Below, in pieces: positions 1 through 11,366 of a stretch of 64,000 nt of DNA. The stretch lies in the NCBI GenBank assembly GCA_951406725.2, contig OX597833.1, positions 11,160,001-11,224,000 on the forward strand, written 5' to 3'. The notes under the pieces were generated by a model that did not search any database, had not been told where the DNA came from, and saw only the letters and a program-made list of their open reading frames with translations. A program made the translations under genes and the position numbers. Source of the stretch: Octopus vulgaris. Its lineage: Eukaryota. Each line of letters begins with the position of its first letter. The first letter of the stretch is position 1.

Positions 1-420
1 TGGTTAGAAAGCAAGCTTATTACCACACAGCCACACCTGCGCCTTAGATATGTATTTATACTTATTTACTCATATCTGTATGTACACTCACTTACATTCA
101 TAGAGAGATTCATACGTTCAAACTATTATATTCTCGGATAAATTTCTCAAATATTTCACAATTTCCTTCCTTTAAATTTTATTCTTATCCAATCTCGATT
201 CAATCATTTACTTCTTTATTTCTATCTCACATTCACTTGCCCTTTCTTTCTCTCTTAACCTTTATACTTCTGTCTTCTCTGCCAATTCTCCACCTATCCT
301 TCTTTCTAATCTTCCAGTTATTCTCCCCACAATTCCCAAATTTTTAGCCGACAATTTCCTTTGTTGATAATTCACTTGAAACATTGCTGTTTAAAAGAAA
401 TGATTGTTTGAATTACACAG

Positions 421-495
421 AACCTGGTCTAGGATCCCTGTATACCCGCTGGGGTAGAACAGCCTGTCCTCCTGATGCAGATCTTATATATGATG
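421..495 (+). CDS. Internal coding exon of a short-chain collagen C4-like protein gene (xPGLGSLYTRWGRTACPPDADLIYDG)
   Basis: Acceptor TTACACAG|421 and donor 495|GTTAGT; 75 nt, phase 1 to phase 1. Encodes the YxRWGRxxCP...L(I/V)YxG motif that opens the C4-like domain and joins in frame to the exon at 3424. Not in the ORF track. Confidence 0.85.
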
Positions 496-650
496 GTTAG
501 TATTGGATATACTTAATTTCAATCATCCTCTCTCTCTCTCTCTCTCTCCTACGACATACATACACACACACATTCTGGTATTGTATAGCAATATTTCTCT
601 TCATTATTGAGAATCTAATTCTATTTATTTGGTTGGTAAATTATTGACCC

Positions 651-860
651 CTGTCTTTGTTCCCCTAGCATTGCTTGACAACCGATGCTGGTGTGTTTAC
701 GTCCCCGTCACTTAGCGGTTCGGCAAAAGAGAGACCGATAGAATAAGTACTGGGCTTACAAAAAGAATAAGTCTCGGGGTCGAGTTGGTCGACTAAAGGC
801 GGTGCTCCAGCATGGCCGCAGTCAAATGACTGAAACAAGTAAAAGAGTAAAAAGAGAGTA
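651..860 (+). mobile_element. SINE family A, 3' part
   Basis: Matches the 3' half of the full copy at 10535-10948, including the GAAACAAGTAAAAGAGTAAAAGA tail. Confidence 0.85.
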
Positions 861-980
861 TTCGTTTTCAGACCCAAACGGAAAGTGTCAGTTAAGAGAC
901 GGAAAGACTAGAAAGTCTAGATTTAATTGAAAAAGTCAACCATTCAGGCGGAGCAGATCCGATGGCTTAAGTAAAGAAAA

Positions 981-1768
981 TATTTATATATAAAAGAAAG
1001 GTTGTGTGTCTGTCTACTCCGATTTAGATTCCTAATTACTCCCACATTTTGTGATGCAGTTTAACCAAAAGCGGGTATCTTATAGTCGTGATTCATATCG
1101 AGCCCTTCTGGGTATTAGCGCGCGTCTACGATGAGTCTACGATTTTAAAAATAATTTACCATCATTTTTTTCCATTTTAATGCATTTTTTCGCTATTGTA
1201 TAAGGGAAGTAACTCTCTAAAAATGTCTACGATGAGTCAACGATTTAAAAAAAATTTACCATAATTTTTTTTCCAATTTTAATGCATTTTTTTTGCTATT
1301 TTTTGGCTATAACTCTCTAAAAATGCATTATAGTTATTTCCCTTACAAACCCGAGTAACGCCGGGCGATACTGCTAGTCTTTATATATAAAAGTGAAGTT
1401 GTGTGTCTGTCTCCTACGATTTAGATTCCTAACTACTCCCACATTTTGCGATGCAGTTTAACCAAAACCGGGTATCTTATAGTCGTGATTCATATCGAGC
1501 CTTTCTGGGTATTAGCGCGCGTCTACGATGAGTCTACGATTTAAAAAAAAAATTACCATCATTTTTTTCCATTTTAATGCATATTTTTTTAAATAAAGGG
1601 AAGTAACTCTCTAAAAATGTCTGATGAGTCAACGATTTAAAAAAGAATTTGCCATAATTTTTTTTCCATTTTTAATGCATTTTTTGCTATTTTTTGGCTA
1701 TAACTCTCTAAAAATGCTTCATAGTTATTTACCTTACAAACCCGAGCAACACCGGGCGATACTGCTAG
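981..1768 (+). mobile_element. Two head-to-tail non-autonomous Helitron-like elements (981-1377, 1378-1768)
   Basis: 5' T(C/A)TTTATATATAAAAG; 3' hairpin CCCG-N8-CGGG followed by CTAG; inserted between A and T with no TSD. Confidence 0.8.
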
Positions 1769-1939
1769 TAAATAATAAACTAAGAGAGTGCACGGACTTT
1801 TCTACTGGATTTCACGTTTGCTGTATCTTTTCACCTATAGGCTCAGTGACATATATATATCCCGTATACCCAAACGTCTCTCTCATTATTGCTCTTTCTA
1901 AGTATACATATATGTATGTATCTGTGAGTATGTGTATAC

Positions 1940-2322
1940 TCTCTCTTTCACTTGTTTCAGTCATTTGACTGCGGCCATGCTGGAGCACCGCCTTTAGTCG
2001 AGCAAATCGACCCCGGGACTTATTCTTTTTGTAAGCCCAGTACTTATTCTATCGGTTTCTTTTGCCGAACCGCTAAGTGACGGGGACGTAAACACACAAG
2101 CATCAGTTGTCAAGCAATGCTAGGGAGACAAACACAGACACACAAACACACACACATATATATATACATATATACGACAGGCTTCTTTCAGTTTCCATCT
2201 ACCAAATTGGTCGGCCTGGGGCTATAGCAGAAGATACTTGCCCAAGATGCCACGCGGTGGGACTGAACCCGGAACCATGTGGTTGGTTAGCAAGCTACTT
2301 ACCACACAGCCACTCCTGCGCC
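1940..2322 (-). mobile_element. SINE family A (tRNA-like head, CORE-like CTTGGGCAAGT segment)
   Basis: Reverse complement of the 10535 copy; head GGCGCAGGAGTGGCTGTGTGG with B-box-like GGTTCAGTCCC. Confidence 0.85.
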
Positions 2323-2455
2323 TATATATAAATTTCATAATCTCTCGAAATTAATTTGAAGAAAGACAAAACTTCAATCTAAATATTACTCACCAGAATC
2401 CTGCATTACCATATTACAACTAGTTTCATAACGTTCGGTGTTTTATATATATATA

Positions 2456-2760
2456 CTAGCAGTATCACCCGGCGTTGCTCGGTTTGTAAGGGAAATAACT
2501 ATATAAGCATTTTTAGAGAGTTACTTCCCTTATATAAGCCGAGCAAAAATCATTAAAAATGCGGAAAAATGACGGTAATTTTTTTTTTAATCGCAGACTC
2601 ATCGTAGACGCGCGCTAATACACAGAAGGGCTCGATATGAATCACGACCATAAGATACCCGGTTTTGGTTAAACTGCACCGCAAAATGTGGGAGTAGTTA
2701 GGAATCTAATTCGGAGGAGACAGAGTCTCACACACACAACTTCAATTTTATTTATAAAGA
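2456..2760 (-). mobile_element. Non-autonomous Helitron-like element, shorter variant
   Basis: Same TC...hairpin-CTAG ends as 1378-1768, on the minus strand at an A|T site. Confidence 0.8.
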
Positions 2761-3015
2761 TATACTGGTGATGTCGTTGTTCATTGTCACCATTCATCAT
2801 ACGTGCGATTCGGTGACCAATTAATTTAACCGCTGTAAACTCAAACTAACGAAGCTCTTATCGATGATATAGTGCTTATACTATTTCCAATGGGGATGTG
2901 TTCTGTCAAATAGTACATAAAAAAAACAATCGGAAATAACTTGATTAAAGTCTCTTTTCCGTATCGCTTCAGTAGTACAAACCGCATTCGATTCTCCTGG
3001 CTCGTATTTTCCTTA

Positions 3016-3148
3016 CTAAAGCACTTTCAAATCACAACGTTCCATGTGCTGTCTGTTTGACATGACTACCTGCTGTTGTTATGATGTTACCAGCCAGGGC
3101 ACGCTGTCACCTAGCATATAGGACATCCCAGAATGCCAATTTATGATG
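3016..3148 (+). pseudogene. Decayed paralogous C4-like exon remnants inside the intron
   Basis: 3016-3111 is a near copy of about 3592-3688 with CGA>TGA. 3115-3148 resembles a deleted RTS..QNA..IYDG exon and ends in a G|GTAAG donor. Confidence 0.75.
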
Positions 3149-3423
3149 GTAAGCCTGTTATATTTCGTATGACTTCAGGTTTGGTTCATAGTCCTTATTC
3201 TATTTAATAATCGTATAATATTCCTCACTATATCAATATTCCATAATTTTGCTATTTTCATTACGCATAATGAAGTTCTTCCTCTATTCAGTTAATTTCT
3301 TACACATAAGATTGGGGGAGCTTACATGATTTATGATTACTTTCAATTAGTTTCTGTTCTTTAACGTTCTACGTTATATTATATATTGTTTATTTGATAA
3401 ATACATATTCTTACCATTTCTAG

Positions 3424-3914
3424 GTGTGGTTGGTGGACAATTCGCTGAACAAACTGGTGGTGGAAGTAATTTCTTATGTCTACCAAATGATCCGATTTGG
3501 GCCAATTATACTACAGACGTTGAAGTGGCCGCACAGATATATGGATGCGAATATGAGATACCAATTGCTAATATGTTTTCATTCGCTAACGCTAAAGCAC
3601 TTTCAAATCATAACGTTCCGTGTGCTGTCTGTTTGACACGACAACCTGCTGTTGTTATGATGTTACCAGCCAGGGCACGCTGTTACCCTGGCTGGACAAT
3701 TGAGTATTCGGGTTATGTAATGACAGCCAACAACGATCAGAGGGGCAGGCATGAATATGTGTGTGTGGACCACGCACCGGAAGCTGATCCAGCAGGTTTC
3801 AGAAACGAGGATGCAGCATCATTGTTTTTCGTTCAAGCTATTTGTGGTTCATTGCCATGTCCACCGTATGTCCATGGCCAAGAATTAAGCTGTGTTGTGT
3901 GCAGTAAATACTAA
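3424..3914 (+). CDS. Terminal coding exon of a short-chain collagen C4-like protein gene
   Basis: Acceptor CCATTTCTAG|3424, phase 1; open to TAA at 3914. Motifs GGGSNFLCLP, IYGCEYE, HNVPCAVC, MLPARARCYPGWTIEYSGYVM, YVCVD, CGSLPCPPY...ELSCVVCSK match the invertebrate C4-like family. AATAAA at 4176. Confidence 0.9.
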
Positions 3915-4339
3915 ATAGAACTCAACTGCGTCCGTTTCAATTTGAAAATATATATGGAAAGATTGCATGTGATAATGACATAGAGCAGTATATAAATACA
4001 TAATTTTGTGTCATGAAATTTCATTCAAGTTATTCATTTGGTTAAAATAAGCAGCTGCATAATTTTTTAAACTGTATTCTAAACGAGAACATCGAAGGCG
4101 AATAATGCAAACCTCAGCGAATAATTCTTGAAAAACATATAAGCTTTTGTTTATCGTTATACATTTATATACTGAAATAAAATGATATGTGATTTTAAGA
4201 GACAATGTCCTCTTTCTTTAAATACAACAAACCCTACCTAATATCATACATGAATATCTTTCTTTCAAGCATAATCTCAAAATTCAAGAAGTGTTAATAC
4301 GTGACACAAATAGCATTCAGAATAGATGCAAATACACTG

Positions 4340-5162
4340 ATTCTATTTCTTTACAACACACAAAGGGCTAAATACAGAGGGGACAAACAAGAACAGACAA
4401 ACAGATTAAGTCGATTACATCGACCCCAGTTCGAGCTGGCAGAAACGTTAGCACGCCGGGCGAAATGCTTAGCGGTATTTCGTCTGCCGTTACGTTGTGA
4501 GTTCAAATTCCGCCGAGGTCAACTTTACCTTTCATCCTTTCGGGGTCGATAAATTAAGTACCAGTTACGTACTGGGGTCGATGTATTCGACTTAATACCT
4601 ATGTCTGTCCTTGTTTGTCCCCTCTGTGTTTAGCCCCTTGTGGGTAATAAAGAAATAGGTATTTCGTCTGCCGCTACGTTCGGAGTTCAAATTCCGCCGA
4701 GATCAACTTTGCCTTTCATCCTATCGGGGTCGATAAATTAAGTACCAGTTACGCACTGGGGTCGATGTAATCGACTTAATCCGTTTGTCTGTCCTTGTTT
4801 GTCCCCTCTGTGTTTAGCCCCTTGTGGGTAATAAAGAAATAGATATTTCGTCTGCCGCTACGTTCGGAGTTCAAATTCAGCCGAGGTCAACTTTGCCTTT
4901 CATCCTTTCGGGGTCGATAAATTAAGTACCAGTTACGCTCTGGGGTCGATGTAATCGATTTAATACCCTATGTCTGTCCTTGTTCGTCCCTTCTGTGTTT
5001 AGCCCCTTGTAGGTAGTAAAGAAATAGGTACTTTAGTTATCGACCCCGAAAGGATGAAAGGCAAAGTCGACCTCTGCGGAATTTGAACTCAGAACGTAAC
5101 GGCAGACCAAATACGGCTACGCATTTCGCACGGCATGCTAACGGTTCTGCCAGCTCGCCACC
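4340..5162. mobile_element. SINE family B nest: plus-strand trimer (4432-5030) inside a minus-strand copy
   Basis: Family B head GGCGAGCTGGCAGAAACGTTAGC and conserved GCCTTTCATCCTTTCGGGGTCGATAAATTAAGTACCAG segment. The minus copy is split into 5028-5162 and 4340-4430. Confidence 0.85.
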
Positions 5163-5816
5163 ATGCGAATACACTGATTCACCACACTACTTACAAACTG
5201 AAAACAGAAAATACATGATGGTTCAAAATATAAGACCTCCCACACGTATCTACCTTAAATATAAGCAAAGTTTTCTACTCAGCTCCCTCATAAAATGTAT
5301 TTCACATCTACACAAATATAGTTTAGCTAACTATCAGGTTACTATGACAATGGGATATACACACTGACAGTAATTGAAAAGCCTTCACCTTTCAGATAAA
5401 TACTGACACTATCATAAATGATTTTAACTAATACCTACACAAACTTTCTACTTCTCCACAAAACTCATAGATAGCCTGATACTCGAAGCAATAAGGCGTA
5501 TATATATTCATACAATTTCCTGAAAGTTGATGTAGAACAATAACGATTTAATCACCAAGAAAGATGATCCCACTGGAAAAGAATTGTCCGGAAAGTTCGT
5601 GCCGATTTATAGTAGCTTACCTTTCGACTTATTTTAGAACATGGTTGAGTCCATAAAATAGGATTTGTAGGTCTCTCTTGTCTCTCTGTCTTTTTTCCAT
5701 GTTGCTGTATGAAAACTTAAGGTGGTTTTAGAGTCGGTTCATGGCTGCTATTTTCAGCATGGTGGTATCCCGTAGATACACTAATTTACAATTTCATATA
5801 TATATATATATATATA

Positions 5817-6022
5817 TAACGGGAAGCTTTATGAAAATAAACAAAAGACAAAGGGAGGTGGAATACAAACAAACAATTGTATTAGTATGGCGCTCAGGAA
5901 TATAAATAAAACAAGTCTTTTACGTTTCGAGCCTACGCTCTTCAACAGAAAGATACACAGAAAAGAAACACGGAAAGAAACAAGGAGAGAAAAAAATGCG
6001 TGCAGAAGCTAGCGAATAAACA
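5817..6022 (-). mobile_element. Penelope-like pLTR remnant with hammerhead-like motif
   Basis: Sits in (TA)n; second copy at 20227-20465 (+); contains TCTTT-CTGTTGA-A-GAGC-GTAG-GCTC-GAAA-CG-TA-AAAGA. Confidence 0.6.
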
Positions 6023-6100
6023 TATATATATATATATATATATGTATTATGTATGTATGTATGTATGTATGTATGTATGTATGTATGTATGTATGTATAT

Positions 6101-6532
6101 TTAGTAAATAGGGTTCAGCAAAGATTTGCTTTACCACATACCGAAGTTTAGAAATAGCAGCCAAAAAACGTTAGCTATGTCTTCTACTTTAAAAAGGGAC
6201 TCCCAGAAAAAACCAAAATACTTGAAAACAATCACACAGGCAGAAAGGAAAATTAACGAAATCAATCAATATCTGGTCCCCTATGGACGCGCGTTCGGAA
6301 TTAGGATGGAATAAAGAATATACAATTATACTTTACCAACCGTTTTCCTCTTCAGCATAGGACCCCAAAATTCGAAGGTACTTTTCCTCTCTGCCTGTGT
6401 GATTGTTTTCAAGTATTTTGGTTTTTCTGGGAGTCCCTTTTTAAAGTAGAAGACATAGCTAACGTTTTTTGGCTGCTATTTCTAAACTTCGGTATGTGGT
6501 AAAGCAAATCTTTGCTGAACCCTATTTATTAA
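6101..6532. repeat. About 152-bp inverted repeat (6101-6252 / 6382-6532) around a hammerhead-like spacer
   Basis: Arms are near-perfect reverse complements; the element lies between microsatellites. Confidence 0.9.
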
Positions 6533-6635
6533 GTATTACTTAAGTTTACCATGACTTGGTCCTTTTTTCATGCCGAACTCTACTTGGTGAAATTATTGAT
6601 TACTTCTTAATTAATTAATTTTACCCTTTGTTATT

Positions 6636-6677
<42 letters not shown>

Positions 6678-7689
6678 CATACGTACACCCCTTTAAATGT
6701 ACTAGCTATACCTTTTCGATACCCTTAAAGCCAAGACCTTTTCAGCATCCCTCGTATATGTGTGTGCATATATTCTCTTACATGTCTCAGTCATTTGACT
6801 GCGGTCATACAGGAGCACCGGCCTTTTATTCGAAGAAATCGACCCCAGAACGTATTCTTTGTAAACCTGGTACTTATTCCATCGGTCTGTTTTGCCGAAC
6901 CGCTACATTACGGGGCCTTAAACACACCAACATCAGTTGTGAAACGATGCGGAGGGGGTGACACACACATTCACAAAGACACATATAAATATTCATACAT
7001 ACATACATACATACATACATACATACATACACACACGCACACGCACACACACACACACACATAGACATATATATATGTATAGGCGTAGGAGTGGCTGTGT
7101 ACGTAACTTGCTTACCGCTTACTTCCCATGAGTCTTTCCTGTCAGTGTACGCATGCGTCATTGTGTTGTGCACTGAAGAAGATAGCTGGCAGTATTTAGC
7201 CAGCCAAGAAGAAGCTGCTGCAAAGTAAGACTTTTGTCTCTTGAGTCCAGTAGGGGTTGTTGTCTGTGGTTATATTTTTTTACAAACAAGGAGTCCTCAC
7301 TGGATTCAGGACTTTGGTCTGCTTGCAGTTCAGCAATATTGTTCACATTAAGTGAAAAGTATAGTTGGTGGGGTGGGATATCCTGCCACCAAACGTTATT
7401 CACTTTTTTGTGAATAGTGTGAGTTTTTACAACAACGTTTACCAATAATTGGAAAGCTGTATTTCAAGTGGAGCAGTCCAGGTTCTAATCGGAGTACCAT
7501 AGGGCTTGGAGTACCTGAATGTCCAGAAGAATTTTGGTTGTGTTTTATTGAACTGTTTGCTTTTTCTCTTCTTCCCTTTTGTTTCCTTTTGATTTCTTTC
7601 TTTTCTTTTTGAAATTTGTGAACTATCGTTTTGGACTTTTTACTTTTTAATTAAAAACATTGCAAAAAATACGGATAAGATTATAGAGT

Positions 7690-8275
7690 GGGAGATTGTC
7701 CCACCTAAGGAGTGGCTCAGAGAGCAAGAGGAGAGGACAGTGGTGTTGAGAACGTATTCGAAGGTTCTCGACAAACATTACCGTCTTCTCCAAGTAGCTG
7801 ATTGAGCAGGAGTTGACGGAACATCTGCCAACCATTAAGTATATTCTAGGGGTATCAAATATGCAACGGTTTGGTTGCTATTTGACACCCCAGAGGAGGC
7901 TCGCAGCTTTACGAACCAGCCCTTGAGGGTTGAGAAATTTTGTTTCTTCCCGCTTATTGTGGGAAAAAATTGATGAGGGGGCTTGGTTGAACCCCAGTGG
8001 ATAGAGGATGCTATCCGTCGGGGTCTGGGGAGCAGAGGACCCAAGCTTCTCAATGGGAAATTTCTGCTTGCGGGTGATTGGGTTAGATCAAAAGCTGTTT
8101 TGACCCTGCGGACCCAATCAGCAATGAATCTGGTTATGCCAGATTTTTTGAAAATGGCCAGGTGCAAGTACCCGGTGATTCTTGAGGGTCCCCCCAGGTG
8201 TCATCGGTGCCTGGAACTTCGCCATATAAAGAAAGACTGTCCTCAGGAACAAAGCAAAGTCATGGAGCAGTTGAT
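7690..8275 (+). pseudogene. Non-LTR retrotransposon ORF1 (gag-like, L1/Tx1-type) fragment
   Basis: CCHC knuckle CHRCLELRHIKKDC preceded by PVILEG; upstream RRM-like ATVWLLFDTPEEARSF in another frame; truncated by (TA)n. Confidence 0.65.
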
Positions 8276-8277
8276 TG

Positions 8278-8364
<87 letters not shown>

Positions 8365-8730
8365 GTAGGTTGCGAGGAGTAAATTGTCGCCGGTTTATAT
8401 TTTAATTTCGCGCATGCGTATTGTATATTTTTGACTTTGTCGACTAAACATATGGTAGAGTCAGTTGGTCAGCATCTGTGAGAGACACAGCCCCATGACG
8501 CAATTCACTCTGCCACAAATTTGGAAACGACATGCTATGCTGCTTAGCATTCGCGAGGGAAGTTCCAATATGAACGTGTACCAATACGTAAATGTATCGA
8601 GAGCGACAAAAATCAAACATCCAGTTAGTATCATGGTGTCTGGAGTGATCACTAGTGATGGCGACGTTATGCCTCCATTCATTTTCCTACATGGTCTCAA
8701 CACAGAGGCCTACATCAGGTGCCTGGACCT
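8365..8730 (+). mobile_element. Internally deleted Tc1/mariner-superfamily transposase fragment
   Basis: KHPVSIMVSGVITSDGDVMPPFIF...LNTEAYI resembles the region between the first two catalytic Asp residues of these transposases. Confidence 0.6.
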
Positions 8731-9059
8731 TGGTAGTGCCCGCGGGAGGCAGCATTCACCAACTTAAACAAGGACACCGCTCAGAAGTGTTCCAATAGAT
8801 TCCAAAGTCGTATTTCAAGATATTTTGATAAATATATCTGTTAAAATGAGATCTCAGTGTTATTTTCATTTTTTCGTAATTTGGACGAAAGGTGTGGTCA
8901 GCCCGAGGCTATAGTAGAAGGCACTTGCCCAAGGTGCCACCCAGTGGGACTGAACTCGGAAGCGTGTGGTTGGGAAGCAAATTTCTTACTACGTAGCCAC
9001 GCCTGTATGTATATATGTGTATACATACATATATATGTATATGTGTGTGTATTTATTTA

Positions 9060-9388
9060 TGGCTTAGTGGTTAGTGCGTCGAACCTACGATCGTGACGTT
9101 GTGAGTTCGAATTCCCGAACCGGGCTGCGTGTTGTGTTCTTGAGCAAGACACTTTATTTCACGTTGCTCCAGTTCACTCAGCTGTAGAAATGAGTTGCGA
9201 CGTTACAGGTGCCGAGCTGTATCGGCCCCTTTGCCTTTCCCTTGGATAACACTGATGGCGTGGAGAGGGGAGGCCGGTATGCATGGGTGACTGCTGGTCT
9301 TCCATAAAACAACCTTGCCCGGACTTGTGCCTCGAAGAGGAACTTTCTAGGTGCAATCCCACGGTCAGTCATGACCGAAGGGGGTCTC
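9060..9388 (+). mobile_element. SINE family D
   Basis: tRNA-like head (TGGCTTAGTGGTTAG...GAGTTCGAATTCC) plus TGTGTTCTTGAGCAAGACACTTT; inverted copy at 56131-56470. Confidence 0.8.
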
Positions 9389-9457
9389 AAATATATATAT
9401 ATATACTGTTGTGTCTGAGGAGAGTCATTTTCTTTTTGAGCCTTATAACGTAACACG

Positions 9458-9755
9458 TGGAGGCGCAATGGCCTAGTGGTTAGGGCAGCGGATTCGCGGT
9501 CGTAGGATCGCGGTTTCGATTCCCAGACCGAGCGTTGTGTGTGTTTATTGAGCGAAAACACCTAAAAGCTCCACGAGGCTCCGGCAGGGGGTGGTAATCC
9601 CTGCTGTACTCTTTCTCTCACTCTCTCTTCTGTTGGCCTGCTCGCTTAGCCAGCGGGGTGGCGTCATTCGATGGCTAAAACAATGCGAACGCATTGTGAC
9701 CAGCGATGTGTAGCAACATCTGATGGTCTGGTCGGTCACATGATCACGTGATAAC
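9458..9755 (+). mobile_element. SINE family C (tRNA-derived head)
   Basis: GGAGGCGCAATGGCCTAGTGGTTAGGGCAGCGG...GGTTTCGATTCCC head; related copies at 14798, 22080, 22493 and 57356. Confidence 0.85.
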
Positions 9756-9883
9756 GTAACACATTCCATTTATTTCTTATTTATATTTTCCTGAAATTTT
9801 CGTTGCGTCTTTTCAATAGTCTTGACTCTGTCCGTTATTTACACTGCGTTCCTTCTTGTTTGTTTGTGCGCATGTGTATGAGT

Positions 9884-9884
<1 letters not shown>

Positions 9885-9917
<33 letters not shown>

Positions 9918-10440
9918 CTATGCATGTATGTACGTATGTATGTGTGTGTGTATGTATGCATATGTATATATATACATATATGTGTGTGTGTGTGTGTGCA
10001 TCTGTATGTATGTATCCTGTATAGTCATGTGCTTGCATGTCCGTGTTTGTGTATTTTCTATGTATGCGTGTGTGAGCGTGTGTTTGTATATGTATGCACC
10101 TCTGTCTCCTTGTGTGTGCATGTCTGTGTGTATGTGTGTGTGTGTTATGCAACTATGTACCATGTTTGTATGCATGGATGGATGTGTATCTCTATACGGG
10201 TGGATTCGTGTCTCCATATGTGTCCTTGTGTGGAGTAAAGCGTGTTTGTGTATTTTCTATGTATGTGTGTGTGTGAGCGTGTGTTTGTATATGTGTGTAT
10301 GTGTGTGTGTGTTATGCAACTATGTATCATGTTTCTATGTACGGATGGATGTGCATCTCTATACGGGTGGATTGTGTGGGGTAAAGTGTGTGTGTGTATA
10401 TAGTCATGTGTGTCAGTCTATATATGCGTATGTGTGCTTG
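9885..10440. repeat. Degenerate (TG)n/(TATG)n low-complexity region with internal duplications
   Basis: Directly visible; source of the spurious CV-rich ORFs. Confidence 0.85.
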
Positions 10441-10534
10441 TCTGTTCTTATAACCTATGTACCTATCCGTCTGTATGTTGATCTGTTTATTTTCATATCC
10501 ATTTGCTTACATACAAAAAAAAAAATACAATATA

Positions 10535-10699
10535 GGCGCAGGAGTGGCGGTGTGGTAAGTAGCTTGTTTACGAACCACATTGTTCCGGGTTCAGTCCCAC
10601 TGCGTGACACCTTGGACAAGTATCTTCTACTATAGCCTCGGGCCGACCAAAGCCTTGTGAGTGGATTTGGTAGACGGAAACTGAAAGAAGCCTGTCGTA

Positions 10700-10732
<33 letters not shown>

Positions 10733-10948
10733 GCATGTGTGTGTCTGTGTTTGTCCCCTAGCATTGCTTGACAACTGATGCTGGTGTATTTATGTCCCCG
10801 TCACTTAGCGGTTCGGCAAAAGGGACCGATAGAATAAGTACTGGGCTTACAAAAGAATAAGTCCCGGGGTCGAGTTGCTCGATTAAAGGCGGTGCTCCAG
10901 CATGGCCGCAGTCAAATGACTGAAACAAGTAAAAGAGTAAAAGAGTAA
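10535..10948 (+). mobile_element. Full-length SINE family A
   Basis: tRNA-like head, ACCTTGGACAAGT CORE-like segment, internal (TA)n/(TG)n, AAAGAGT tail. Confidence 0.9.
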
Positions 10949-11099
10949 AGGAGTGCATACACACACACTTACATCCATACACACACACACATACATACAT
11001 CTATCTACATAAATCTACATAACAGTCCACTAAATATTCTACTCTACCTGTGTAACCTGTGGGTGTGGAGGTATTATATCTACTATGTATATTTCCTAT

Positions 11100-11352
11100 T
11101 TGGTATTGAGGAGGTTTCATTTATAAGAACTTACTCCCGTAATTGTCCGAGTGTTGGGTCTTTTGGGTGCTTGGATAAGATGCGTGTGTCTAGTTGACCC
11201 AAGTTGCCTCCATGGTAGTCTTTGGCATGCATGTTGGTGGAGGATGGAGGACTGTTTTTTGTCGTCATATTGTCTCAGATGTTTATTTATTCGTTCCGCA
11301 ATGCTCCTAGATGTCTCCCCTGTGTACCTCAGGTTTATTTCTTTACAAAAAC
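11100..11352 (-). pseudogene. Penelope-like GIY-YIG endonuclease C-terminal fragment
   Basis: YTGETSRSIAERINKHLRQY...SILHQHA, then after a frameshift RILSKHPKDPTLGQLRE; typical of PLE endonucleases. Confidence 0.7.
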
Positions 11353-11366
11353 GATATATATATATA

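Noticed and set aside
5200-5500. Possible second GIY-YIG remnant (NFLLLHK...DSLILEAI)
   Set aside because: Too short and frameshifted to support a call without a profile search.
7120-7640. Minus-strand 95-aa ORF and adjacent purine-rich segment
   Set aside because: No recognisable motif or splice pattern; left unassigned.
9458-9535. tRNA genes at SINE heads (also 14798, 22493, 57356)
   Set aside because: A/B boxes are present, but they run on into shared SINE bodies and tails and lack a proper acceptor stem.
9856-10635. 259-aa Cys/Val-rich ORF and similar YI/HT/CV-rich ORFs
   Set aside because: Translations of (TG)n/(TA)n microsatellites.
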